Shown here: positions 28,095-37,495 of the stretch, one piece after another | Layout of the letters: every line of letters begins with the position of its first letter | Numbering within the stretch: the first letter of the stretch is position 1 | Origin: a virus | Direction: 5' to 3' (one strand) | Virus record (IMG/VR): IMGVR_UViG_3300005613_000075 | Coordinates: 1-58,669 of that record | Length of the DNA: 58,669 bases | The notes under the pieces: generated by a model | The model's database searches: none | Told to the model about the DNA's origin: nothing | What the model saw: only the letters and a program-made list of their open reading frames with translations | Program-made: the position numbers and the translations under genes

Positions 28095-31052
28095 ATGAAA
28101 ATACACCATGAATTGGTAGAACATCAACTGCATGTTGCGGCCCATGCTGTAGCTGACAACGCGGCCCGGGTGGCTCTGGAAGCCACTTTAGTGGCGGCAG
28201 ACCGAGGCTATCTGGTACTACAACTTGACGATGGTACAGTATGGCAGTGTGTGGCGGCGGGGACCCTGGTCTTCGTGGGTAATAACCTGTCTGGCGAGGG
28301 CTACAGCGTAGATAGCTCCGGTACAGTGACCATCAAACTGGGTGACGCGGCCGGGGCGGAGAGCTTCATCCTGACTGATTCTGGCGACGCCACAGTATTT
28401 GAGATAGATTCCAACGGAGTCATCACTACGTATGCCGCCATGACTTTCGGGGCGGATATTATTCTGGACGACGGCGCGGGCGACAGTCCTAACATTCGAT
28501 GGGTTGGTGGTAGCAACGATGACACCGCCTATATGTTCCTGGACGACGACGCGGTGGCAGGGGATTCGGATCTGGTCATCAAATTGGTAGATGCTGCTGG
28601 TGATTCGGTGCTCAAGGTACTCGACAGTGGAGACGCCACCATATTCAGTCTGGATTCCAACGGTAACATCGTGCTGGTAGATGGGGCCACTGTCGGGCAA
28701 GCAGCCGGGCCCTTGTTGACCTTCGATGATACGCTAAACTTCTTAGAGATCACCGGTTGTGATGTGGGGCTAGGTACAGCCACACCAACCGCGAATCTGG
28801 ACGTAGAACAAGCCATTGTCGCCACTGGAATACGGAAGGGCATTGTCTACACCGGCGCGATCAATACGAATCAAACCCTGTCTACCGAGATACCGGCGGT
28901 AACCATCACTACCGCCGGTCGGGAATGGGCCACAGGCGCACTGGCGTTACAACGGGAAGTGCTTATTACTCAGCCGACGTATACCTTCGTGGGAGCCAGC
29001 ACTATCACCGACGCGGCCACAGTAGGAATTGTTGGTGCACCCATCGAGAGCACCAATGCCACTATCACCAATACGCACGGGTTACTGATTCAGGCCGGCG
29101 CGGTGGGAGCGGCAGATGTATCATATGGCTTGACAGTCAACGCGCAGACCGGGGCGGGGGTGAATTATGCCGCGGTGTTATTGGGAGGCAACGTCGGAGT
29201 AGGTGTAACAGACCCGGACGAACTACTCGAATTGTACAAGGTTGGCACGCAACTCAAGTTGTCCGGTGGAGCAGCAGACTATGCTACCTTCGCGGTCGCG
29301 GCTGATGGAGCATTGACTATCACCACTGTCGATGTAGACGCGGCGGAAGCTGACATCATTCTGGCCCCAGATGGAGACGTGACATTATCACCGGCACTGA
29401 AGGTCACGGGAGACGTATATCTCACCTCCGGTCTACGGATTGGCGACATCACTACTGATCCCGATGATAACACCATCGAGATGGAAGAACGGTCTACTGA
29501 CCCCGGTGACCCAGCAGAGGGAAACGGTATCCTGTGGCTATCAGATGGGTCTGACATCGGTGAAGATGGGGATCTGATATGGAAGCGTACTGCTGGGGGA
29601 GTAACGAGGTCGATAATACTCGGAGGCGAACCGTTCTACGGAGTGATGTGGAACGAGAGCACCGATGCCTACGAACGCACCGGTACGTTAACCAGTATCG
29701 CGGTGGGAAGCTCGCCAGGGAATGGCCTGCTATCCTTACAGTCCATGATGCGGCGCTGTGTCATGGATGATACCGGTGTCATCAAGTACTACCTGTGCGC
29801 CACCGATAGTACCAAGAAAGAGGACTGCCTGACCGCGTCCGTGCTCGATGGCACAGACGGCCAGGTAATGGTAGAGATACCGAAGTTTTATTTGAGGTAT
29901 TCCTACGCGGCTAACTTGCACCGGTGGGACATCAGTCCCGTCCCGTTGGCTGGCTTCAGTGTGCACCCCGCGTTCTTCAAAAACGGCGCAGAGGTAGATG
30001 CTCGTTACATGAGCGCGTATGAGGGCATACTGTACGACGATTCCGAATCGGTGTACACCAGTGACTACAATCCCATCGCGGCGCATGCGGTGACGGTCGA
30101 TGTCGATGTCGGTGGTTCGGGGAAAGGCTCGATCACCGAGAACGCGGCGGGCGGAACTATTTATGCTCAGTTGCAAGCGGGCGATGTCATCGTCGTGACG
30201 GGTACAGCGGACAACAACGGGACATACATCGTCGAATCCATCACCGGGGGAGACGTTATCACCTGTACGGGGGTAATCGCTGGCGGGGACGGGGTAGAGG
30301 CTACCTGTGTCATCAGTGCCCCAGCGGTGGACACTGCTAACGACATTCTGTCCAGCGTCAGTGGTAAGAAACCCTTCAGTGGTATCACACGGGACAACTT
30401 CCGGTCTATCGCTGCTCTACGTGGTACAGGTTGGCGACAGTTTGACTTCTACCTAGCCAGTGCGATTCAGTTGTTGTATCTGACTGAGTATGCCAGCTTC
30501 TACTCACAGTCCATGATCGGCGCAGGCTTGACGGATTGGGTTGCTGCCACGTGGAACACCTATAATGCCTATCATGCTATTAACAACACCGGTCTGAGTA
30601 ACGGTGACGGTAACGCCACCGCGAACGTCTCAGGCGGTGACGGAGTGTTAGGCTCCTACATGACCTATCGCGGTATCGAGAACTGGTACGGTCACTTATG
30701 GAAGTTCGTAGACGGATTCAACATCAATAATAACGTGCCTTACGTCTGTAATACTGACACCGATTTCGCCGATGACACCGCTACCGATTACACCGACCTG
30801 GGCATTACGCTACACAATGCCAACGGCTGGCAGAACACGTTGGAGCAGATAAGCGGGGGATTCCTACCGGCTAGCGTGGGCGCGAGTTCGTCAACCAAGA
30901 TTACAGACTACTATTATCAGGATGCTGGTTGGCGGGTGGCTCTGCTTGGTGGTACTGCTCATGCTGGCGCGTACGCTGGGGGGTTCTATTGGACTTTGGC
31001 TTATTCGGCGGCTAGCCTTGATGCTAGGATCGGTGCTCGGCCCTGCTATTAA
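28095..31052 (+). CDS. Tail fiber / receptor-binding protein, DGR target (C-terminal variable region)
   Basis: 985 aa. The last ~45 aa (QDAGWRVALLGGTAHAGAYAGGFYWTLAYSAASLDARIGARPCY) match the common C-type-lectin-fold DGR VR pattern and are repeated downstream as TR. Confidence 0.8.
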   Translation: MKIHHELVEHQLHVAAHAVADNAARVALEATLVAADRGYLVLQLDDGTVWQCVAAGTLVFVGNNLSGEGYSVDSSGTVTIKLGDAAGAESFILTDSGDATVFEIDSNGVITTYAAMTFGADIILDDGAGDSPNIRWVGGSNDDTAYMFLDDDAVAGDSDLVIKLVDAAGDSVLKVLDSGDATIFSLDSNGNIVLVDGATVGQAAGPLLTFDDTLNFLEITGCDVGLGTATPTANLDVEQAIVATGIRKGIVYTGAINTNQTLSTEIPAVTITTAGREWATGALALQREVLITQPTYTFVGASTITDAATVGIVGAPIESTNATITNTHGLLIQAGAVGAADVSYGLTVNAQTGAGVNYAAVLLGGNVGVGVTDPDELLELYKVGTQLKLSGGAADYATFAVAADGALTITTVDVDAAEADIILAPDGDVTLSPALKVTGDVYLTSGLRIGDITTDPDDNTIEMEERSTDPGDPAEGNGILWLSDGSDIGEDGDLIWKRTAGGVTRSIILGGEPFYGVMWNESTDAYERTGTLTSIAVGSSPGNGLLSLQSMMRRCVMDDTGVIKYYLCATDSTKKEDCLTASVLDGTDGQVMVEIPKFYLRYSYAANLHRWDISPVPLAGFSVHPAFFKNGAEVDARYMSAYEGILYDDSESVYTSDYNPIAAHAVTVDVDVGGSGKGSITENAAGGTIYAQLQAGDVIVVTGTADNNGTYIVESITGGDVITCTGVIAGGDGVEATCVISAPAVDTANDILSSVSGKKPFSGITRDNFRSIAALRGTGWRQFDFYLASAIQLLYLTEYASFYSQSMIGAGLTDWVAATWNTYNAYHAINNTGLSNGDGNATANVSGGDGVLGSYMTYRGIENWYGHLWKFVDGFNINNNVPYVCNTDTDFADDTATDYTDLGITLHNANGWQNTLEQISGGFLPASVGASSSTKITDYYYQDAGWRVALLGGTAHAGAYAGGFYWTLAYSAASLDARIGARPCY
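30915..31047 (+). repeat. DGR variable repeat (VR)
   Basis: 133-nt alignment to 31075..31207 at a fixed 160-nt offset; 27 mismatches, 26 of them opposite TR adenines. Confidence 0.9.
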
Positions 31053-31074
31053 CATAATTGTAGTGGGTTGTCCA

Positions 31075-31207
31075 TATCAAAATACTGGTTGGCAGGTAGC
31101 TCTACTTAGTGGTAATGCTAATAATGGCGCGAACACTGAGGAGTTCTATTGGAATTTGAATAATTCGGCAGCTAACCTTAATGCTAATATCAGTGCTCAG
31201 CCCAGCT
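31075..31207 (+). repeat. DGR template repeat (TR)
   Basis: A-rich copy of VR. 11 AAY codons when read in the VR-equivalent frame. 26 of its 39 adenines are substituted in VR. Noncoding position between the fiber stop and the RT. Confidence 0.9.
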
Positions 31208-31330
31208 TATTTCAAATACGAAGGCAGTGAAAGATATGGAGAACCTTGCCTCTTGGCACAATACAAAGCAAAGCCTCATTGGTGTTGGTAGGACTGTAAA
31301 GTCTCGAAGGCTCCGAGGTGAAATAAGCAG

Positions 31331-32392
31331 ATGAAACGATATGGGAATTTGTATCCAAAGATTTGGGATATGGACAATATCAAGGAGGCGCATCGAAACG
31401 CACAGCGGGGGAAGAAGCATTATCAAGAAGTCCAGATGGTAAACGCTGACGAGGAGAACTATTTGGTACAGCTTCAAGCGATGCTACGAGATAAAACATT
31501 TCGTAATTCTGCTTACGAGGTGTTCACGAAAGTAGAAGGTGGCAAAGAACGTGAGATTTACCGATTGCCTTATTTCCCCGACAGGATAGTGCATCATTGC
31601 ATTATGCAGATATTGGAACCGATTTGGATGAAAACGTTCATCTCTGATACTTACGCTGCATTGAAAGGACGTGGTATTCACAAAGGCGTTAAACGTCTAA
31701 AGCTGGCATTGCGCGATGTAGAGAATACCAAGTATTGCCTGAAGTTTGATGTGCGCAAATTCTATCCTTCTATTGACCATGATATTTTGAAAGTAATACT
31801 TCGCAAGAAGATAAAAGGCCCTGATGTGTTATGGTTATTGGAGGAAATCATAGATTCCGCTGAGGGTGTTCCAATAGGCAATTATCTGAGTCAATATTTT
31901 GGTAATCTCTATTTGGCATATTTTGACCATTGGATGAAAGAAGAGAAGGGATGTAAATACTATTTTCGTTATTGTGACGATGTGGTTGTGTTGCATAGAG
32001 ACAAAGGTTTTTTGCACAAGTTGTTGATCGAGGCTCAGGAATATTTGGATACTCATTTGAAACTTCGTATGAAAGCTAACTATCAAATCTTTCCGGTCGA
32101 TAAGCGTGGGATTGATTTTCTAGGTTACCGATTCTTTCATAATTACACATTGCTACGCAAGAGCATCGTTCAAAGATTCAAGGCAAAAGTGGTGCGCATT
32201 AAACGTTCATATCGTGAAATGTTCTCAAGCCAAATCATAAATGGATTGATGAGTTACTGGGGATGGATGAAATATGGTAATTGTTTGAATTTGGCAAAGA
32301 GATACATTGACGGAAATATTAGACAAATTGTGGGAACGGTGTCTAAACAGAACGACATCAAAAATCCACTGAGGAGGTTCACATGGCTATAA
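31331..32392 (+). CDS. DGR-type reverse transcriptase
   Basis: RT motifs YRLPYFPDRIVHH, FDVRKFYPSIDH, IGNYLSQYFGNLYL (DGR-typical I/LGxxxSQ motif 4), YCDDVVV (YxDD), FLGY. 353 aa; conspicuously lower GC than the flanks. Confidence 0.88.
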   Translation: MKRYGNLYPKIWDMDNIKEAHRNAQRGKKHYQEVQMVNADEENYLVQLQAMLRDKTFRNSAYEVFTKVEGGKEREIYRLPYFPDRIVHHCIMQILEPIWMKTFISDTYAALKGRGIHKGVKRLKLALRDVENTKYCLKFDVRKFYPSIDHDILKVILRKKIKGPDVLWLLEEIIDSAEGVPIGNYLSQYFGNLYLAYFDHWMKEEKGCKYYFRYCDDVVVLHRDKGFLHKLLIEAQEYLDTHLKLRMKANYQIFPVDKRGIDFLGYRFFHNYTLLRKSIVQRFKAKVVRIKRSYREMFSSQIINGLMSYWGWMKYGNCLNLAKRYIDGNIRQIVGTVSKQNDIKNPLRRFTWL

Positions 32393-32715
32393 GTGACACG
32401 CGTCCGGCGGAACGTTACACATCCAACGGCAAGACAGTCTTTCCATTCAACATCGTCGAGACAGAAGTGACGGACCCTGAGACGGGCAAGAAGCGCACGC
32501 AGTACGAGTACGACGAAGCACGGGTCGAAGGCGAAGTGACGCGGGAGAAGATCGTCCGGGCGGCGATTGCGGCCCGCTACAGCATCGAGGATGAATTGGC
32601 GACGATCAATAACTACCTAGCGGACAAGGTGAAGTACGAGGCGGAGTATCAGAAGTATCAGGATTTCAGGACTACAGCCAAAACAATAGCTACAGATTTG
32701 GGGGTGAGAGCATGA
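32383..32715 (+). CDS. Hypothetical protein
   Basis: Overlaps the RT stop by 10 nt; GGAGG SD; GC returns to the genome norm; acidic, not Avd-like. Confidence 0.55.
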   Translation: MAISDTRPAERYTSNGKTVFPFNIVETEVTDPETGKKRTQYEYDEARVEGEVTREKIVRAAIAARYSIEDELATINNYLADKVKYEAEYQKYQDFRTTAKTIATDLGVRA

Positions 32716-32936
32716 CTGATAAGCAACTGGAGGGGACGGAACAACGCCTGCCATTGACAGGCACTATGAAGCGCACCTTGACCTCGTTGCTGGTGGAGCG
32801 GAGTCAGATTGACGCGGCCATCAATGACCTGGTGAAGATGTTCGCGGCTCAAGCTGGGGTGAACGGGACAGGGTTCGAACTGGATATGGCGGCGGGGGTA
32901 ATTATCGCCACAGTGCCACCGGAGAAGGATAGCTGA
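32712..32936 (+). CDS. Hypothetical protein
   Basis: ATGA coupling; 74 aa. Confidence 0.5.
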   Translation: MTDKQLEGTEQRLPLTGTMKRTLTSLLVERSQIDAAINDLVKMFAAQAGVNGTGFELDMAAGVIIATVPPEKDS

Positions 32937-32938
32937 TC

Positions 32939-33922
32939 GTGAGACGTTGGCTGGCAATTGTCCTGGCTATTGTCGTTGCTATGGCTTTGTTGCTGCTAAT
33001 AGTGTGGTATGTGCGACGACCACCGGCCTTGCCATCCTTGCCGCCTCTGGCGACTAGATTGGCCTGGCCCGCACCATTTGCCTATCTGACGCCGGAACCA
33101 AGCAGACCATACAAATACTATTTCCCAATTGTGTATGGGAGTGGAAATGTGCCATCAGCACGTCGCGTGAGGAAGTCATTGAACATGGTCGGGGGCATAA
33201 GCTGTACTGAGTTAAATAGCCTGAATACGGACTGGGTCTACAATTGGGCACCAATCCTGGGTGAACAATGTCCCGGTATTCCCCAGTTGCCTATGATTCG
33301 AGACCGGAATCAACTCGATAATTTGGGTCACAAATTAGATGATTATGAGGGTATAATCCTGACTTTCAACGAACCGGAATATCAGGTTTGCTCAGAGGGA
33401 GCTTGTATGAGTTTGGATGAGTTAATTGAGGCCTGGCACGATATGGAACTTCTATTGCCCGGTAAGACATTTACCTCGCCAGCTTTTGCCTATCCATATC
33501 CTTTTGAGTATGATTTTCACGATTTCGTATATGGGTATCGAGATAGATATGGAACCTGGCCCGATTTCAAAATCATCGCGGTGCATTTCTATGCCCCGCA
33601 TTACGAGGGCTATACCCTGTCACTAGCGCAGAATTGGTTTTACTATATGTGGAGCCGGATTGAGACTTTGCCGGACGTCTATCGCGATTGTCCGGTGTGG
33701 ATTACGGAGACCGGGGTACATTGTGAGTATGGGTTAGATCCTCTACCGCGCTTGTTTGCAGAAGCCTGGTTACGATGGGAGCTAAATTACTTAGAGGCCC
33801 AGGGGCGGTGTGAGTATGTCAACTGGTTCGGGCCTCGCATGGGGAATTATCAATTCTGTGTGCCGTTGTATGCCGATGGGAATCTAACGGAAGTGGGAGA
33901 GCTGTGGCAGAATTGGAACTGA
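32939..33922 (+). CDS. Membrane-anchored TIM-barrel glycoside-hydrolase-like protein (clan GH-A-type NEP / ITETG motifs)
   Basis: N-terminal hydrophobic anchor WLAIVLAIVVAMALLLLIVW. FNEPEYQ (acid/base-like) and WITETG (nucleophile-like) at typical spacing. Confidence 0.55.
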   Translation: MRRWLAIVLAIVVAMALLLLIVWYVRRPPALPSLPPLATRLAWPAPFAYLTPEPSRPYKYYFPIVYGSGNVPSARRVRKSLNMVGGISCTELNSLNTDWVYNWAPILGEQCPGIPQLPMIRDRNQLDNLGHKLDDYEGIILTFNEPEYQVCSEGACMSLDELIEAWHDMELLLPGKTFTSPAFAYPYPFEYDFHDFVYGYRDRYGTWPDFKIIAVHFYAPHYEGYTLSLAQNWFYYMWSRIETLPDVYRDCPVWITETGVHCEYGLDPLPRLFAEAWLRWELNYLEAQGRCEYVNWFGPRMGNYQFCVPLYADGNLTEVGELWQNWN

Positions 33923-34098
33923 ACACGACAGAAACACGCGAGGCAGAATTATGGGCCAAAGTGTCCGAGTTCGCGGACGACGGCGAATTGTCGGCTGACC
34001 CTCGAAAACTGAAAGAAGCGGTCAAGGCCTTGAGGGAACTGCTTGCCGAGGGACTGCGTGATATTCGGAGTGCGAAGAAGGTGAAGGGCGGCAAATGA
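33904..34098 (+). CDS. Hypothetical helical protein
   Basis: 64 aa, overlaps neighbours. Confidence 0.4.
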   Translation: MAELELNTTETREAELWAKVSEFADDGELSADPRKLKEAVKALRELLAEGLRDIRSAKKVKGGK

Positions 34099-34364
34099 TA
34101 ACGCGACGGGAGTTCTTGACCCTACCTTTGGCGGGCTGGTTCGGTAACGATGACTACGAGTTACAACGGTTGCGCCACGACTTCGAGGAATACTGCCGGG
34201 CAGACAGGCAGGACATGGACGCGGTGAAAAGGGTCATCGGGGAGACCATCGGGGCTATGATAGAATTGGCCCGGATCATTGACCAGAACACTGCCTATCT
34301 GGAGGCCCGGATCGAGGCGCTAGAACAGGGGCGATATCAGCAAAGAGAGAGGGAGCAGATATGA
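34095..34364 (+). CDS. Hypothetical protein with Tat-signal-like N-terminus (MITRREFLTLPLAG)
   Basis: RREFL matches the twin-arginine consensus core, but the hydrophobic region is short. Confidence 0.45.
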   Translation: MITRREFLTLPLAGWFGNDDYELQRLRHDFEEYCRADRQDMDAVKRVIGETIGAMIELARIIDQNTAYLEARIEALEQGRYQQREREQI

Positions 34365-34876
34365 TAGAACAATTAGGACTTACCATCCTGTTGGAATTGA
34401 TGCTGGAGCCATATTTGCAATGTGTCCTCGGGGCGGAAATGTATCCCGATTGGCCAGAGGTGGACTACTGGCCCCTTGAGGCATTGAAGGCCCAGGCGGT
34501 GGCAGCCCGATCGTATGCTATATGGAGAATTGAACACCCTCGAAACGAGTATTTCCATCTCTACGGTGACGCTCGCGATCAGGGCTTCGACTGCACCCGG
34601 CGACATCCGAAATCAGACCGAGCTGTGCTGGAGACTCAAGGCGAGGTCATAGTCAGCCCTGAAGCGAATTTTGTGGCCAGGTACGTGAATCGCTGTGGGC
34701 AGAAACATTGTCCGGTGTGTCATGGTGAAAACGGGTATGATAATCGAACATGGGAAGGCCGGTTGTGTCAGTTTGGGACAAAGGCATTAGCTGATCGGGG
34801 GCTGACATATGTAGAGATTCTGCAATATTACTATGGTTCGGAGATAACAGTGAGGAGGTACGATGATATATCCTAA
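34361..34876 (+). CDS. SpoIID/LytB-like peptidoglycan-remodelling domain protein
   Basis: EALKAQAVAARSYAIWRI matches the conserved SpoIID motif; 171 aa. Confidence 0.55.
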   Translation: MIEQLGLTILLELMLEPYLQCVLGAEMYPDWPEVDYWPLEALKAQAVAARSYAIWRIEHPRNEYFHLYGDARDQGFDCTRRHPKSDRAVLETQGEVIVSPEANFVARYVNRCGQKHCPVCHGENGYDNRTWEGRLCQFGTKALADRGLTYVEILQYYYGSEITVRRYDDIS

Positions 34877-36683
34877 GCCGAGTAATGGAAGTAAGCGCGG
34901 TATCCACTGGACTGCCTCAAGCTATCCCGTTCACGCCAATTTTCAGTGGCACTTGGACTGGATGGTGCGCTGTGGCATGGGCTGGGTGAAATACGTCGCT
35001 GATGGAGACGCTTCGCCTGGGCAGGGTGACAGTGGGGTACAATTCGGTATTGAGTGCCTGAAGCGAGGTCTGATTCCTATTCATCGTTTCTACAAACCGG
35101 CTGACCACGGCTGGATAGATGCCAACGACAACGCAGTGCAAGCCTGTGTCGCGGCCGGGATCCGCTATATCGAGCCAATGAATGAGCCTGACCTGAAATG
35201 TGAGTGGGGCTGTGGGTATCTGCCACAGAATTGGCTTGAGCGGTCGTTTACTACCTGGATTCATCAAGCTCAACGGATACTGTCTCTGGGCGGGATTCCT
35301 CTATCCCCGGCCTTGGCTTCGGGCGCGTTCCATGAGCGGGGCGAGGACGCTGGGACGGTGACAGTGAACCCGTTTCAGTGGGTGGCCGATGCGGGGATCA
35401 CCGATTTCGTATGTGCCATTCACAATTACACCGGCAATCATCCGATTGCTTATCCCTATGACGCGGTGAACCAGACCGGACAGCCGTTGACACAGGCGGA
35501 GTATGATAAGTATGGGCCAGAAGCCTGGGATAACCGGCCGCTGGAGCACATCAATATCCAGCGAGAACGAGACAAGAATCCAGGCAATACCATCTATGAT
35601 GACGATTCGTGTTTCCTGGCTGTGATACGGTTCCGAGAATTATTGGATGAAGCCGGTTTCGAGCATGTACCGATAATGACTACTGAAGGCGGGCCGGTTC
35701 ATACCGATCTGTGGGACGGACGCTATCCGCGGGTGACACCGAAGCTATTCATTGAAATGATAGAGCAGGAACTATCATGGATGAGTGACAAAGACTGGTA
35801 CTACTGCCTGTGTCCGTGGTTGTGGGCCAACAATGCCGCTGGGGGGACAGGCGGCTGGCCCGATTGTCAATGGTTCCATCCCGGACATCCCTGGGTGGAT
35901 TCGGACGGTTTCATGCCGGTGGTGAAATGGCTCATTGAGCGGCCCATCTCGGCAGATGGCAACCTGGAGCCTCCAGAACCAATTCCTGACCCGGAGCCTC
36001 CACCACCAGAGCCAGATGTAGACAACGATGCCGAGGCTTATGAAGTAGTCGTTGTCCCCGCAGCGGTAGAACCTGGGGAGATGTATTGGAAGTGTACTCG
36101 CGTGCATCACCTGGACCAGAATGAAAACAATGGGAATCACAACGTCTACCTCAATGTCTTTGGCGAAGATGGCCCGGCCTGGCAGGTACAGATACAACTC
36201 GATTGGCAGGCGGGCGGTGACAGAGTCAAACTCGACAAACCGTGGCCGGATGAACCAATGGGCAACGCCCCGCTGTGGAAGGGCCAGATAGTCAGTGTGG
36301 CCGTGGTGGATGAATTGGAATCGGACCGGGTGGACAATATCCACACCGCCCATCCCGATGAACCGCCGGGGAATACCCTATTTCACCATTCATTCTTAGT
36401 GGAATGGCAACTGGCGACCAAGAGCGGAGAAGAACCGGAACCGCCTCTACCGCAGCCGGTCGATGAAAACAATATCCGGGAGCAAGCCTGGAATCACCTA
36501 TACCCTACGGGGGTAAACTACAATCCCACCGCCGCGTTCCAGGCAGTGGCCCGTGAGCGTGGCTACGGCGCACCGACGACACAAGAGTTCGACGTGGACG
36601 ATTACCGGGTGCAGGGCTTCGTGCTGAAGATTCTCTACGCCCAGATTGGAGACTGGGATAATGTGAAGGAGCTAGACTGGTGA
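34863..36683 (+). CDS. TIM-barrel glycoside-hydrolase-like protein with Pro-rich linker and C-terminal domain (candidate endolysin or depolymerase)
   Basis: IEPMNEPD and IMTTEGG catalytic-pair-like motifs; PEPIPDPEPPPPEPD linker; 606 aa. Confidence 0.5.
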   Translation: MIYPKPSNGSKRGIHWTASSYPVHANFQWHLDWMVRCGMGWVKYVADGDASPGQGDSGVQFGIECLKRGLIPIHRFYKPADHGWIDANDNAVQACVAAGIRYIEPMNEPDLKCEWGCGYLPQNWLERSFTTWIHQAQRILSLGGIPLSPALASGAFHERGEDAGTVTVNPFQWVADAGITDFVCAIHNYTGNHPIAYPYDAVNQTGQPLTQAEYDKYGPEAWDNRPLEHINIQRERDKNPGNTIYDDDSCFLAVIRFRELLDEAGFEHVPIMTTEGGPVHTDLWDGRYPRVTPKLFIEMIEQELSWMSDKDWYYCLCPWLWANNAAGGTGGWPDCQWFHPGHPWVDSDGFMPVVKWLIERPISADGNLEPPEPIPDPEPPPPEPDVDNDAEAYEVVVVPAAVEPGEMYWKCTRVHHLDQNENNGNHNVYLNVFGEDGPAWQVQIQLDWQAGGDRVKLDKPWPDEPMGNAPLWKGQIVSVAVVDELESDRVDNIHTAHPDEPPGNTLFHHSFLVEWQLATKSGEEPEPPLPQPVDENNIREQAWNHLYPTGVNYNPTAAFQAVARERGYGAPTTQEFDVDDYRVQGFVLKILYAQIGDWDNVKELDW

Positions 36684-36880
36684 GTGCTGTAACCTGTCCC
36701 TACTGTGGACATCGGATCGCTTGTTTGCAATGCGACAATGGTATCTGTGAGGCTTGTAGCGCCGACTTGTGGTCGGACGAGGCTGTTCCCTTCACTGATA
36801 CACAGCCGGAACATGAGTACACAACGTTGGAATTGGGAAACATAATGAGACGTAAACAGAAAGTCAGGAGGTACACATGA
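36680..36880 (+). CDS. Small zinc-ribbon protein
   Basis: CPYCGHRIACLQCDNGICEAC; GTG start overlapping the previous stop. Confidence 0.45.
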   Translation: MSAVTCPYCGHRIACLQCDNGICEACSADLWSDEAVPFTDTQPEHEYTTLELGNIMRRKQKVRRYT

Positions 36881-37170
36881 GTTCACAAGAGTTTTTGAGT
36901 TATCTATTGACAGTTAGTGGTATCAACGCAGTCATCGGGGTGGCCCTGTCATATTTGGCCGAGATGTTCCCCGGTTGGCAAGAGAATTTATCGCCCAAGG
37001 CTAAGCGGTTGTTGATGTTGGTCCTATCGTTCGTAATTCCGCTATTCGCCACCGTAGCGATGGGCAATCTTGACCAGGAATCGTTGTGGGCTGCCTTGGT
37101 AGTCGGCTTCATGGCCGGCGGGATTGGCTTCTCCGCTAACCAGACAGTGCATATTCGCGAACTAAAGTAA
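36877..37170 (+). CDS. Holin-like membrane protein (about 3 TM)
   Basis: Three hydrophobic segments, 97 aa, adjacent to the cell-wall enzymes. Confidence 0.45.
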   Translation: MSSQEFLSYLLTVSGINAVIGVALSYLAEMFPGWQENLSPKAKRLLMLVLSFVIPLFATVAMGNLDQESLWAALVVGFMAGGIGFSANQTVHIRELK

Positions 37171-37195
37171 CAAGTCCCACCGGGGAGAAAACATC

Positions 37196-37495
37196 ATGCC
37201 AGACGAATTGGCAGCCATACAGAAGGACATCCACGAGATCAAAACGGCGGTTGCGGTGCTCAAGGAACGCAGCGATCACACTATCGACCATTGTCCCTAC
37301 CGGGTCCAGATTTCCCGGAATGAGAACGGGATCAAGGATTGCCGGAAGGACATCTTAGAGGCCATCGCCTGTGCTAAGCAGGCGATGGCGGTCGCACAGG
37401 ATAACCGCGTCAAGATCGCGCAACTCGTAGGCTCCGGCGTGGCAGGCGGTGGGCTGGTGGCTCTGGTGCAGGCTCTGGTCGCCTTTGCCAAATGA
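37196..37495 (+). CDS. Membrane-anchored coiled-coil protein (XhlA-like architecture, lysis-associated, putative)
   Basis: N-terminal helical region plus a single C-terminal TM (VGSGVAGGGLVALVQALVAFA). Confidence 0.35.
   Translation: MPDELAAIQKDIHEIKTAVAVLKERSDHTIDHCPYRVQISRNENGIKDCRKDILEAIACAKQAMAVAQDNRVKIAQLVGSGVAGGGLVALVQALVAFAK

Larger units (their letters stand above)
30915..32392 (+). mobile_element. Diversity-generating retroelement cassette (VR - TR - spacer - RT)
   Basis: VR/TR pair with adenine-specific mismatches plus an adjacent DGR-type RT; see component features. Confidence 0.88.

Noticed and set aside
30922-31230. 102-aa ORF spanning VR, the gap and TR
   Set aside because: The first half is an out-of-frame reading of the fiber gene. 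The second half is simply TR read in the VR-like frame. TR is a noncoding template, there is no SD, and the position is fully explained by the DGR.
32383-32715. Candidate DGR accessory protein Avd
   Set aside because: The size (110 aa) fits, but the sequence is acidic with a beta-rich N-terminal half, unlike the basic four-helix-bundle Avd. It is kept as hypothetical only.
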